Assembly (NCBI GenBank): GCA_963822945.1 | Contig: CAWGJO010000020.1 | Span: 640,001 to 704,000, forward strand | Source of the DNA: an uncultured Gemmatimonadaceae bacterium | Lineage (GTDB): Bacteria > Gemmatimonadota > Gemmatimonadetes > Gemmatimonadales > Gemmatimonadaceae | Direction of reading: 5' to 3' | Length of the DNA: 64,000 bases | Part shown: positions 39,473-49,101 of the stretch, in pieces | Position numbering within the stretch: position 1 is the stretch's first letter | How the letters are laid out: the number at the start of each line of letters is the position of its first letter | The notes under the pieces: model-generated | Databases searched by the model: none | What the model saw: only the letters and a program-made list of their open reading frames with translations | Told to the model about the DNA's origin: nothing | Translations under genes and position numbers: made by a program

Positions 39473-40201
39473 ATGTCCTTTCTCTTCGACGCCAACGCCT
39501 GGATCGGGCTACTCACGCTCACAGCGCTTGAGATCGTCCTCGGCATCGACAACATCGTGTTCATCACGATCCTCGCCGGCCAGGTGGAGCCCGACCACCG
39601 GGCCCGGGCCCGGCGCCTCGGTCTCATGGGCGCGTTCTTCACCCGGCTGTTGCTGCTCGCCAGCATCGTGTGGATCGTCCGCCTGACACGGCCGTTCTTC
39701 ACCGTGCTCGGCGTCGCAATCAGCGGCCGGAGCCTCATCCTCATCGTCGGCGGGCTGTTCCTCATCGGCAAGGCGACGTACGAGATCCACGACAAGTTGG
39801 AGGAGGCGGCGCGTCCTGAACCGGTGGCCCGCGTCGTGCGCCCTCTGATGACGGTCGTGCTGCAGATCATGGTGGTGGACATCGTGTTCTCGCTCGACTC
39901 CGTGATCACGGCCGTCGGCATGGTGGACAGTCTCGCCATTATGATCGCCGCCGTCGTGATCGCACTCGGGTTCATGCTCTACGCGTCGGGACCGATCGGC
40001 GATTTCGTGGAGCGCCACCCGACGGTCAAGATGCTCGCCCTGTCGTTCCTCGTCCTGATTGGCACCAATCTCGTCGCCGAGGGGCTCGGACAACACATTC
40101 CGAAGGGCTACACCTACTTCGCGATGGCGTTCTCGGTGGGCGTCGAGATGCTGAACCTGCGGCTGCGCAAGGCGCCCGGCGGTGCCCATCACGCGGGCTG
40201 A
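39473..40201 (+). CDS. TerC-family membrane protein
   Basis: LEIVLGIDNIVFI, DIVFSLDSVITAVG, HPTVKMLALSFL. Confidence 0.95.
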   Translation: MSFLFDANAWIGLLTLTALEIVLGIDNIVFITILAGQVEPDHRARARRLGLMGAFFTRLLLLASIVWIVRLTRPFFTVLGVAISGRSLILIVGGLFLIGKATYEIHDKLEEAARPEPVARVVRPLMTVVLQIMVVDIVFSLDSVITAVGMVDSLAIMIAAVVIALGFMLYASGPIGDFVERHPTVKMLALSFLVLIGTNLVAEGLGQHIPKGYTYFAMAFSVGVEMLNLRLRKAPGGAHHAG

Positions 40202-40210
40202 TCCCGTCCG

Positions 40211-41560
40211 TCACGCCGCGCGCTGCTTCCAGGTCCAGAAGAAGTACACGGGCACCCCGGCCAGCATGATCAGCAATCCCACGCCCGAGGCGCGGGGAAA
40301 CTGGAGGATCGTGCTCAGGGCCAGTGACCAGAAAGCGATCACGAACGCCAGCGTCGTCCACGGGTGGCCGGGCATGCGCCAGGTGACGGTGCCCATGCCC
40401 GCCTCGCTCGCGCCGCCACGCCGCTCGCGCCGGCGCAGCACCAGCAGCGCCGCGCCCGTGAGGCCGAAGAACACCGCATCCATCGAGACGACGTAGTTCA
40501 GAATCTGCTCGTATTTCCCGGAGAGCGCGATCACGGCCGCCCAGACGCCCTGCAGCACGATGGCCACCGTGGGTACCCGCGAGCGCGGGTCGAGCCATCC
40601 CACCGCCCGAAAGAACACCCCATCGCGCGCCATCGCGTAGTACACGCGCGGCGCGGTGAGCATGCCCTGGCTCAGGAACCCGATCGTCGAGATGACGATC
40701 CCCGCCGCGATCAGCTTGGCCCCGATCGAACCGAGCGCGAGTTGCATCACCGACGATGCCGGTGTCTTCGTTGCCGCGAGGCCGTCGGGGCCGAGCGCGT
40801 GCAGGTAGACGACGTTCACCGCCAGGTAGAGCAGCACCACTCCGATGACTCCGATCACCAGTCCGCGCGGTAGGTCGCGCATGGGATTCTTCAACTCCCC
40901 ACTCACGAAACTCGACGTCTGCCACCCACCGTACGCGAACAGCACGGGCACCATTGCCGCCGCGAACGCGATCGGCGCCGGCTTGGTCGCCGCAGTCACC
41001 GTGCTCGCGGTGTGCACCGCCGCCGGCGCGGCCAACCACCCGATGGTCACCAGTGCGATCACGGCGACAATCTTGGTCACCATGAGTGCACTCTGCACAT
41101 TGCTCCCGGAGCGGACGCCGAAACAGTTCACTGCCGTGAGCACCGCCAGGGCGAGCGCAGCCAGCATGGCCGGCGGCAACCCGGTACCGGTTATCTCGGC
41201 AAAGTAGTGCGCGAAAGTCACCGCCACCGCGGCCATCCCACCAGTCTGCGTCACCAGCAGCAGCCCCCACCCATACAGGAATGCCACCATCGGGTGGAAG
41301 GCGTCGCGCAGATAGGCGTACTGCCCGCCCACCTGCGGCCGGAGCTGTGCCAATTCCGCATACACGAAGGCGCCCACGAGGGCGATCAATCCGCCCGCCG
41401 CCCACGCGCCCAGAATCAGGGTCGTCGAGTGGACCTGCTGCGCCACCACATATGGATTGATGAAGATACCGGCGCCAATGATCCCGCCCATCACGATCAT
41501 CGCCGCGTCGAACACCCCGAGGCGGCGGGCGAGTTGCTGCGGTTCGGCAGGATCTGGCAT
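40211..41560 (-). CDS. APC-family amino acid permease
   Basis: IIGAGIF, YAEL...GGQYAYL, FAYGGW, GELKNP. Confidence 0.93.
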   Translation of the reverse strand: MPDPAEPQQLARRLGVFDAAMIVMGGIIGAGIFINPYVVAQQVHSTTLILGAWAAGGLIALVGAFVYAELAQLRPQVGGQYAYLRDAFHPMVAFLYGWGLLLVTQTGGMAAVAVTFAHYFAEITGTGLPPAMLAALALAVLTAVNCFGVRSGSNVQSALMVTKIVAVIALVTIGWLAAPAAVHTASTVTAATKPAPIAFAAAMVPVLFAYGGWQTSSFVSGELKNPMRDLPRGLVIGVIGVVLLYLAVNVVYLHALGPDGLAATKTPASSVMQLALGSIGAKLIAAGIVISTIGFLSQGMLTAPRVYYAMARDGVFFRAVGWLDPRSRVPTVAIVLQGVWAAVIALSGKYEQILNYVVSMDAVFFGLTGAALLVLRRRERRGGASEAGMGTVTWRMPGHPWTTLAFVIAFWSLALSTILQFPRASGVGLLIMLAGVPVYFFWTWKQRAA

Positions 41561-41568
41561 CGGACGGA

Positions 41569-41602
41569 GGTAGGGGGTAAGTCGGTAGGGTCGGTAGGTC
41601 GG
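41569..41602. repeat. Degenerate GGTAGGTC octamer run
   Basis: ggtagggggtaagtcggtagggtcggtaggtcgg; same unit as 33290-33348. Confidence 0.65.
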
Positions 41603-41656
41603 ACGCGCGGAAACATGCACCCGACCCGACCCTCTGTCAGGGTCCGGAGGTCCACC

Positions 41657-41683
41657 GAACGGTTTTTCCGCCCGTGGTGTCTA
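41657..41683 (+). promoter_or_regulatory. Candidate ECF-sigma promoter
   Basis: GAAC-N18-GTCTA just upstream of the ECF sigma gene. Confidence 0.45.
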
Positions 41684-41698
41684 TTGCTACAGCGTCAC

Positions 41699-42295
41699 GT
41701 GACTCTCCCGAAACCGACCGACCCCGCCTCGCTTATCCCTCCCTCGCCGAGCCTCCGGCCGCACGAAGGTGCGCTCATCGACCGGGTGCTCGCGGGAGAC
41801 CGGTCCGCCGCTCGCGCGCTGTACGACGCGCACGTCGACCGGGTGTACCGGCTTGCCTATCGGTTGACCGGCGACGAGGACCAGGCGCGCGAACTGACGC
41901 AGGACGCCTTCATTCGGGCCTTCGGACAGCTCCACAAGTTCCGTGGCGCCTCCGCGTTCGGGACCTGGTTGTATCGCGTCACGGTATCCGTGGCCTCGAA
42001 CGCCCGGCGCAAGCGCCGCCGCCACGAGCACCGGGAAACCGACCTTTCCACGGCAGCCGCCCTGGCCGACGACGGTCCTCCGCGCGCCGAGCCCGATCTC
42101 CGGGAGCGCATGGCCGCCGCCATCGACGGTCTGCCGGAGATCTATCGAACGACTTTCGTGATGCATGACGTCGAAGGGTACACGCACCCCGAGATCGCCG
42201 ATGTGCTGGGCGTCGCCGAGGGCACGTGCAAGAGCCGCTTGTTCATCGCGCGAGGGATGCTCCGCAAGGCCCTCGCCCCGTTCCGGAAGGAGTAG
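41699..42295 (+). CDS. ECF RNA polymerase sigma factor
   Basis: LTQDAFIRAF...FRGASAFGTWLYRV; HDVEGYTHPEIA...GTCKSRL. Confidence 0.93.
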   Translation: MTLPKPTDPASLIPPSPSLRPHEGALIDRVLAGDRSAARALYDAHVDRVYRLAYRLTGDEDQARELTQDAFIRAFGQLHKFRGASAFGTWLYRVTVSVASNARRKRRRHEHRETDLSTAAALADDGPPRAEPDLRERMAAAIDGLPEIYRTTFVMHDVEGYTHPEIADVLGVAEGTCKSRLFIARGMLRKALAPFRKE

Positions 42296-42298
42296 CAG

Positions 42299-42937
42299 AT
42301 GCAGGACGAACAATTCGACCAGCCATCGCGAGACGCTGCCCGCGCCTACCATGAGCCGCCGGCACTCGACGAGGCGGCGCGCGACGAGATGTGGACCGCG
42401 ATCGAGGCGGAACACTTCGCGCCCCCCGCCGGACGACGGCACTTTGCCGTTCCCCGGTGGGCGGGACTCGCCGCCGCCATCGTGGTCGGGATCGCGCTGG
42501 GGCGTTTCACCCCACTCGACGGGTGGCTGCACCGGGCCCCGGCGAGACCCGTGGCGGCCGCGGCGCCGCCGGCCGCCACGCCGGCCACGCTGCCCGTGCC
42601 CGCCGTCTACGAGCCCACGACGTCGCGGTATCTGGGCCAGACGGCGGCCCTGCTCATCGCGCTGCCCGCCGAAACGAAGGCCGGCCGAGCCGACAACCAG
42701 TTCATCGACCGGGCGCAGAACCTGCTGCTCACCACCCGGCTCCTGCTCGATTCGCCGGCCGCGCACGACGCCAAGCTGCGCGGCCTGCTCGACGATCTCG
42801 AGGTCGTGCTCGCGCAGATCGTGCGGCTTCAATCGGAGCAGAATGCCGCCGATCTCGATCTCATCACCCAGGCCCTGGAGCAGCGCGACGTGTTGCCGCG
42901 CCTGCGCACCGCGGCAGCCGACATCTCCGCTGACTGA
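42299..42937 (+). CDS. Putative single-TM anti-sigma factor
   Basis: MWTAIE, then TM WAGLAAAIVVGIALG; directly follows the ECF gene. Confidence 0.65.
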   Translation: MQDEQFDQPSRDAARAYHEPPALDEAARDEMWTAIEAEHFAPPAGRRHFAVPRWAGLAAAIVVGIALGRFTPLDGWLHRAPARPVAAAAPPAATPATLPVPAVYEPTTSRYLGQTAALLIALPAETKAGRADNQFIDRAQNLLLTTRLLLDSPAAHDAKLRGLLDDLEVVLAQIVRLQSEQNAADLDLITQALEQRDVLPRLRTAAADISAD

Positions 42938-42947
42938 GGAACCCTCC

Positions 42948-44693
42948 ATGAAATTCCGATTCTCCGTGGCCCTTCTCGTCCTCGCCGCTGCGCCGCTGAG
43001 CGCGCAGCAGAAGAAGCCGCCTACGCGCCCCGTGCCGCCGGCGCGTCCACTGCCGGCACCACGTCCGGTGCCCGAGCCGAACCTCGAGTGGCAGTTGCAG
43101 GCCCAGGCACTCGCCGACCAGGCACGGGAGCAGGCGCGCCAGGCGTTGCAGAATGTCGACGTCCAGCAGTTGCAGGAACAGGCGCAACTGGCCATGCAGA
43201 ACATCGACGTCGACCAGGTCAGGCAGCAGGCCCGTGAAGCGGCCGAGCAGGCGCGGGAGATGTCGTTGGAGAGCTTCGACAGCCGGCAGATGCAGGACCA
43301 GGCTCGCGAGTTGGCGCTTCAGGCCCAGACGAACATCGACTGGACGAGTGTCCAGGACGCCATGCGGCAGGCGAGGATGAATGTCGATCTGTCCGGCCTC
43401 GGGGCTTTCGATGAAGACGAGCATTTCGCGCACTCCCCGCGCGCCCCGTGGGCGCAGGCCGACCCCGCCGACTCGCTGTACCGCATGGCCCGCGAGGCGT
43501 TCAATCGCGGTGACTGGCGCCGCGCCGCCGACGTGTTTCACGAGATCGTGCAGAAGTACCCGAACTCCGCGTACGTGCCCGACTGCGCGTATTACGAAGC
43601 GTTCTCGCGCTACCGGATCGGCACCACCGAAGAGTTGCACCAGGCGCTCGCGCTCCTGTCCGATCAGAAGACGCCCGCCTCCCGCCATCTGCGCCGCGCC
43701 GACGTTGCCGGTCTGGCAGCGCGTATCCGCGGCGCCCTCGCCGCACGCGGCGACAAGCAGGCCGCCGCCCAGATCGCGCAGGACGCCGAGAAGTCCGGCG
43801 GCTGCGACCCTGAGGAGATGAGCGTGCGTGCCGAGGCGCTGAACGCGCTCGGTCAGATGGACCCCGCGACGGCAGTCCCGCTGCTGCGGCGCGTCCTGGC
43901 CCGCACCGACACGTGCTCGCTGGTGCTTCGCCGCTCGGCGCTCTTCATGCTGGTGCGACGTGGCGACACGGTGGCCACCGACGCCCTGGTGGCAGTGGCC
44001 ACCAACGAACACGAAGACACCGAGCTCCGCGCCGATGCGATCAACTATCTGGGTCGCATGCCGGGCCCCAAGGCGCTGAACACGATCGAGGACCTCGTGA
44101 AGACCAGCCACGACGACCAGATCCAGCGGGCAGCGGTGTACGCGCTGGCCAGGAACGACAACCCCTCGGCTCGGACGAGCGTGCGGGGACTCGTCGAACG
44201 CTCCGACCTGTCCGAGGCACTGCGCGCGTCGGCGATCCAGGCACTGGCCAGCCGGGACGCGTCGGACGACGACGCCGCCTACTTGCGGGCCGCCTACGCG
44301 AAGATGCCCAGCGAGCGCCTGAAGCAGACGATCCTGAGCGCACTGGCCCGCATCGGCGGATCTGCGAACGAGCAATTCCTGCTGAGCGTGGCGCGCAATC
44401 CGTCCGAGTCGAGTGCCGTACGCGGCACGGCGATCAGCTACGCCGGCCGCCAACCCACGATCTCGGTCGAGGACCTGTCCAGGCTCTACGACACGTCGGA
44501 GTCGCGGAACCTGCGCGAGCAGATCATCGGCGTACTGGGACGGCGCAGCGAGCCGGCCGCCGCCGACAAGTTGATGGAGATCGCGAAGACGGGCACCGAT
44601 CCCAACACGCGCCGCGCCGCGATCAGCGTGTTGTCGCGCAAGAAGGACGATCCCCGCGTCACGAAGTTCCTGCTCGATCTGGTGGGACGATGA
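42948..44693 (+). CDS. Exported HEAT-repeat protein with BamD/TPR-like segment
   Basis: Signal peptide, Gln-rich repeats, ADSLY...YPNSAY, repeated LRxxAIxxL. Confidence 0.85.
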   Translation: MKFRFSVALLVLAAAPLSAQQKKPPTRPVPPARPLPAPRPVPEPNLEWQLQAQALADQAREQARQALQNVDVQQLQEQAQLAMQNIDVDQVRQQAREAAEQAREMSLESFDSRQMQDQARELALQAQTNIDWTSVQDAMRQARMNVDLSGLGAFDEDEHFAHSPRAPWAQADPADSLYRMAREAFNRGDWRRAADVFHEIVQKYPNSAYVPDCAYYEAFSRYRIGTTEELHQALALLSDQKTPASRHLRRADVAGLAARIRGALAARGDKQAAAQIAQDAEKSGGCDPEEMSVRAEALNALGQMDPATAVPLLRRVLARTDTCSLVLRRSALFMLVRRGDTVATDALVAVATNEHEDTELRADAINYLGRMPGPKALNTIEDLVKTSHDDQIQRAAVYALARNDNPSARTSVRGLVERSDLSEALRASAIQALASRDASDDDAAYLRAAYAKMPSERLKQTILSALARIGGSANEQFLLSVARNPSESSAVRGTAISYAGRQPTISVEDLSRLYDTSESRNLREQIIGVLGRRSEPAAADKLMEIAKTGTDPNTRRAAISVLSRKKDDPRVTKFLLDLVGR

Positions 44694-45976
44694 GCATGCC
44701 GCGGTGGTCCGCCCTCGCGGCGGCGCTCATCGTGGGCGGCGTGGCGACGGGTCCCGCGTCCGCGCAATCGTTGGCCGACCGTGTAGCCCACGCGCCCGCC
44801 GGACCGGTGCAGTTCGAGTACGCGGTCCGTGCCGGCGTTTGCGGCGACGGGATGTCGTACGTCCATTTCGCCATCGGGAACGGAACTTCGTACTCCGGAT
44901 CGTGGAGTGGCGAGGGCGCCGCACCCTGTGTGGCCGGACCGGCCCGGGTGGTGCTCGCCCGCGCTGACGGAGAGATCGTGGGACTGCGGGTGTACGTCGG
45001 ACCGCCCGCCTCATCCGGCGGCACCGACCTCGGCGCCGTCGCGGCACCGGAGGCCGCCCGCTTCCTGCTGGATCTCGCGGCCAAGGCACAGGGCGCGGTG
45101 GCTCGCGACGCACTGATGCCCGCGATGCTCGCCGACAGCACCGACAGTCAATCGGCGCTCGTGGCTCTCGTGCAGGATCGCACGCGTTCGCGTGAGACGC
45201 GCAGTACGGCGATCGGCTGGTTGGGCCGGACGGCGAGTTCCGCCACCGCCGCCCAGCACGTGCTGGTGCAGGTGGCCACTGATGAAAGCGACAACCAACT
45301 CGTCCGCCAGCGCGCCCTGCGCGCGCTGACTCAACTTCCGGGTGGCATGGGGATTCCGGCGCTCATTGCGATGGCCGGGAATCCGGATGGCGGCTGGGTG
45401 GCGCGGAACGCGCTGACGGTGGTGTCGTCGTCGGGTGACCCGCGGGCGTTGGACTTCCTGCGCGACGTGGTGCGACAGGCAGCGCTCCCCGATCAGGCCC
45501 TGGCGACGGCGGTGCGCAGCTTCGGTCGCCAGTATGCCACCGCCGCCGACATCGCGGTGATCCGCAAGGCATGGCCGCGCTTCACCGGCGAGCGCACGCA
45601 GAGCGCGGCCATCTCGGCGGTGGCGGGGTTCGGCGGGCGGGAAAACGCCGCCTGGCTGCTGTCGCTGGCCGACGACATGAGCGCGACGACGAGCATCCGC
45701 CGCCAGGCGCTCGAGGCGGCCGCGCGCGCCGGCGCCGGTACCGCCGATCTCTCCAAGCTGTACGACCGCACTACCGACCCCCAGACGAAGAGCGCGATCA
45801 TTTCGGCGCTCGGTCAGATCGGCGATCGCGCGGCGATCGACAAGCTGCTCGCCATCGCGCGCGGCGACGAGAGTACGACGGCGCGTCGGCGGGCGATCGC
45901 GGTGTTGGGCCGCAGCGGTGACCCGCGCGTGAAGCAGGCGCTGGAGTCGATGGTGGAGCACGGCGGGTCGCGCTAG
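44690..45976 (+). CDS. Exported HEAT-repeat protein
   Basis: ATGA overlap, signal peptide, RxxAIxxLG repeats, SGDPR. Confidence 0.85.
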   Translation: MSMPRWSALAAALIVGGVATGPASAQSLADRVAHAPAGPVQFEYAVRAGVCGDGMSYVHFAIGNGTSYSGSWSGEGAAPCVAGPARVVLARADGEIVGLRVYVGPPASSGGTDLGAVAAPEAARFLLDLAAKAQGAVARDALMPAMLADSTDSQSALVALVQDRTRSRETRSTAIGWLGRTASSATAAQHVLVQVATDESDNQLVRQRALRALTQLPGGMGIPALIAMAGNPDGGWVARNALTVVSSSGDPRALDFLRDVVRQAALPDQALATAVRSFGRQYATAADIAVIRKAWPRFTGERTQSAAISAVAGFGGRENAAWLLSLADDMSATTSIRRQALEAAARAGAGTADLSKLYDRTTDPQTKSAIISALGQIGDRAAIDKLLAIARGDESTTARRRAIAVLGRSGDPRVKQALESMVEHGGSR

Positions 45977-46014
45977 GCCGACCCATTCTCCGGCGAGCGA
46001 TCCGTCATCCGGGT

Positions 46015-46062
46015 CGAGATCCGCAAGCGGTGTGGCGTTAGCGGGGCTGCTTGCGGATCTCG
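46015..46062. terminator. Hairpin between convergent operons
   Basis: cgagatccgcaagcgg...ctgcttgcggatctcg, 16-bp stem. Confidence 0.6.
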
Positions 46063-46223
46063 CAGAGTACGAGCCGGCCCCCGCAGCCGATTCGACTCCG
46101 CGCCACGCTCCCGGTAGCGTGACGATCCCATGATGCGGTGCGTCGCCGCGCGCGTCGACACGCGACACGCGCACTACGCAGATAGAACAATTGTGGTTTC
46201 GGCGCTGGAACACAAGATGTTTC

Positions 46224-47141
46224 TTACATCTCGTTCGACGCGTAGTCGCTCGTCGACCATCGATGACGCTCGAATCGGGATGCGCGCGCCGTCTCGATCG
46301 CGGCCGGAAGCGCGCTTGCCGCGAGCAGCAACACGTACGGCCACGATGCGCCAAGCCAGTGATTGCGCGGTGCGATCACGTGTCGCAACAACCATGCGGC
46401 CGCGATGAACAGGACGGGAACCACGGCGTACCGCGTGCGCCGTCGCGCACGCTCGGTGTACGGATTCGGCTGAGCGGCGAACACACCCTTGGCCGGCGGC
46501 GGCGCACCGGGACGGGCGAACGCGTGCCAGATCACGCTCCCCGGCACGTAGGTGCCCAACGCCCAGACGGTGTTGTCGGACGACACCTGTTCGGAGAGCA
46601 GCCGCGGCGGGGCGATGAAGTCGCGCGACGTCATCCGATCGCCGCTGCGCAGTTGCCAGGGAAACTCGCCGAGGATGAACACCGTGGTGACCGTGGTCGT
46701 CCGGAAGTGTCGAAACATGGTGTCCCCGTACCGCACGAATGGCTGCCGACCCGTCACCAGTTCGGAGGGCGCGATGCGCGTGATGTCGAAGTCACACCAA
46801 TGGCCGTCGTACTCGGCGAGGTAGCGGTACCCCTTGTACGGATTCCAGAGCGTGTACTCCCGCCAGAAGTACTCGACGTCGTTCTGCTGCACGCTGCGCA
46901 CCTGGAACCCGCTGACCTCGTACGGGTCCCCCCGCATCACACCGCGCGTGCCGAGCGGGATGTCGGGCTCGAACGTCATCTTCGCCTGGTACTGCTGGAG
47001 GACGCTCAACTCCTGGTCCCGCGAGTCGAGCACCGCGTGGCACGACGGGCACACGACCGTCTGCGTCTGCTGCACGGCGCGAATGGTGATCGCGGCCCCG
47101 CAGTTCGGGCATGCGAGCCCGCTTACCCGGGGAGCGGCCAT
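46224..47141 (-). CDS. DUF4178 domain protein with Zn ribbon and C-terminal TMs
   Basis: CPNCG...CPSC, IPLGTRG, WREY, YLAEYDGHW, GEFPW. Confidence 0.8.
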   Translation of the reverse strand: MAAPRVSGLACPNCGAAITIRAVQQTQTVVCPSCHAVLDSRDQELSVLQQYQAKMTFEPDIPLGTRGVMRGDPYEVSGFQVRSVQQNDVEYFWREYTLWNPYKGYRYLAEYDGHWCDFDITRIAPSELVTGRQPFVRYGDTMFRHFRTTTVTTVFILGEFPWQLRSGDRMTSRDFIAPPRLLSEQVSSDNTVWALGTYVPGSVIWHAFARPGAPPPAKGVFAAQPNPYTERARRRTRYAVVPVLFIAAAWLLRHVIAPRNHWLGASWPYVLLLAASALPAAIETARASRFERHRWSTSDYASNEM

Positions 47142-47767
47142 CCATCGATCTCCCGAAGTTGTGCGAGATGGAGGTCGTCGAATCGGGTCCACTCGCCCAA
47201 CTGGAGCGCCGGCGGATGTTCGCGATAGTCGATGGTCGCGATATGGCCGTCGGTGGCATCCAGGTCGGCCAGCGTCCCCGCGTGCCGATCCCAGGTGGTG
47301 AACGGCAATTCGCCCTCGGCGGCGCGATACCGGACGTTGGTGACCGCCATCAGCTTGTAGATGCGATGGTCCCACACGAAGTTGCCGCCGATGTGGAGTT
47401 GGTCGAGCGACGGAATGTCTCCGCCGCCGCCTTCCACGGAGAAGGAGTACTCTCCTCGTGCGTCGCTGATCCAGCCGGTCGCTCCGTCTTCCAGCCGCAC
47501 ATGCCAGCTGTTCCACGAACCGCGGTCATACTCGTAGACCACGCGCCCGACGACCGCGAACCGGCGATGCTGGAAGCGACCCGTGGTGCCGATCTGGAGA
47601 GGTGAGCTCGTGGCGGGAAAATCGCCGACCGAGCCCACCGTCTTCAGATCCACGTCGCCGCGGACGATTACGGAATGACAGAACGGACAACTGGTCTGCA
47701 CGGCGTGCGACCAGTCGAAGCGGATCGTGCTGCCGCAGTTCGGGCAGGCCGCCGTGGGCTCCGTCAT
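47123..47767 (-). CDS. DUF4178 domain protein with Zn ribbon
   Basis: CPNCG...CPFC, SPLQIGTTG, GSWNSW, GWISDA, GELPF. Confidence 0.8.
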   Translation of the reverse strand: MTEPTAACPNCGSTIRFDWSHAVQTSCPFCHSVIVRGDVDLKTVGSVGDFPATSSPLQIGTTGRFQHRRFAVVGRVVYEYDRGSWNSWHVRLEDGATGWISDARGEYSFSVEGGGGDIPSLDQLHIGGNFVWDHRIYKLMAVTNVRYRAAEGELPFTTWDRHAGTLADLDATDGHIATIDYREHPPALQLGEWTRFDDLHLAQLREIDGWPLPG

Positions 47768-47804
47768 CGGGCGATCGGGCTCGCCGTGGCGCGGCGATCG
47801 TGTG

Positions 47805-48809
47805 TCAGCTCTGGGCTCCTCCGCACTCCGGGCAGAACTTGGAACTCCGCGGAATCGGCTTGCCGCAGGCGATGCAGAATTTGGTCTCGGATGCTGTGCC
47901 GCCCGCGGCCGCAGGCGCAGGCGCGGGCGCACTCGGCGCCGGGGCTGCTCCTCCGGTGACCGCGTCAGCCATCGCCTTCCCCATCGCCATGCCGGCGCCG
48001 AGCCCGGCGCCCATGCCGGCTCCTCCGCCGCCTTCGTTGGCCGCGGCGATCGGCATCGACTGCGCGATCTCGTACTGCGTGTACTGCTGCATGTTGCCGA
48101 TCATGTTCATGCTGATGCGCTCGTCGAGCTTCTTCTGCAGTTCGTCGGGGAGTGACAGACTCTCCACGACGAACGAGTCGAGCGTGAGCCCGTAGTCGGT
48201 GAAGGCCGGAGCCAGCGTCTGCATGAGCTTGGTGGCCAGCGCGCCCTGGTTGGCCGCCATGTCGAGAAACGGCACCCCGCTGTTGGCGAATGCATCTGCG
48301 AATCGACCCAGGATCGTATTACGCAGTTGCCCTTCCAGGTCGTTCACCACGTACAATTCGCGCGTGCCGCTCACCTTCTGGTGGAACTTGAGCGGATCGG
48401 TGAGGTGATAGGTGTAGATGCCGAACCCGCGCAGGCGCACCATGCCGAAGTCCTTGTCGCGAATGGTGATCGGCTGCTGCGTGCCCCACTTCTGGTCCGT
48501 CTGTACCCGCGTGGAGAAGAAATACACGTCCGACTTGAACGGCGACTTGAACAGCTTGTCCCAGTTCATGAGGTTCGTGAGCACCGGCAGGGTCCGCGTC
48601 TCCAGCTTGTACAGTCCCGGCGTGAACGTATCCGCCGCCTTGCCCTCGTTCACGAAGAGCGCCATCTGCGACTCGCGCACGGTGAGCTGCGCGCCGTACT
48701 GGATCTCCATGTCGCGCATCGGATAGCGATAGGCGAGCGTCCCATCGCCGTCCTCCGTCCATTGGATGACGTCGATGAACTGCTTCTTGATGAAGTCGCC
48801 GAGGGACAT
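47805..48809 (-). CDS. SPFH/band-7 (YdjI-like) protein with C-terminal Zn ribbon
   Basis: QLTVRESQ.A.FV.EG, SPFKSDVYF, KWGT, FCIACG...FCPECG. Confidence 0.9.
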   Translation of the reverse strand: MSLGDFIKKQFIDVIQWTEDGDGTLAYRYPMRDMEIQYGAQLTVRESQMALFVNEGKAADTFTPGLYKLETRTLPVLTNLMNWDKLFKSPFKSDVYFFSTRVQTDQKWGTQQPITIRDKDFGMVRLRGFGIYTYHLTDPLKFHQKVSGTRELYVVNDLEGQLRNTILGRFADAFANSGVPFLDMAANQGALATKLMQTLAPAFTDYGLTLDSFVVESLSLPDELQKKLDERISMNMIGNMQQYTQYEIAQSMPIAAANEGGGGAGMGAGLGAGMAMGKAMADAVTGGAAPAPSAPAPAPAAAGGTASETKFCIACGKPIPRSSKFCPECGGAQS

Positions 48810-49101
48810 GGCGGAGCCTCCAGCAGGGGGATGGGCCACGGGGTGGCCGGCGCCATGGCATCCGGCGGCCCCACGATAAAGGAATCACAAGGGGCCGGAC
48901 ACCGGCCCTTTGTGATGACGAATGCAACTATAGAGAGGGCACCGAATGGCGACGGGCGCCACCCGGCGCGGCATCGGGAGTCCCCTCAACATTCGCGAAG
49001 CCCATGGCGTATATGGTATTGTCGTCTCAGGCGCTGGCCCTCTCCGGACCGGCGCGGCTCGGTGCCGCCGAGCAGTCCCTCGTACCTTCACGGGAATTCC
49101 C

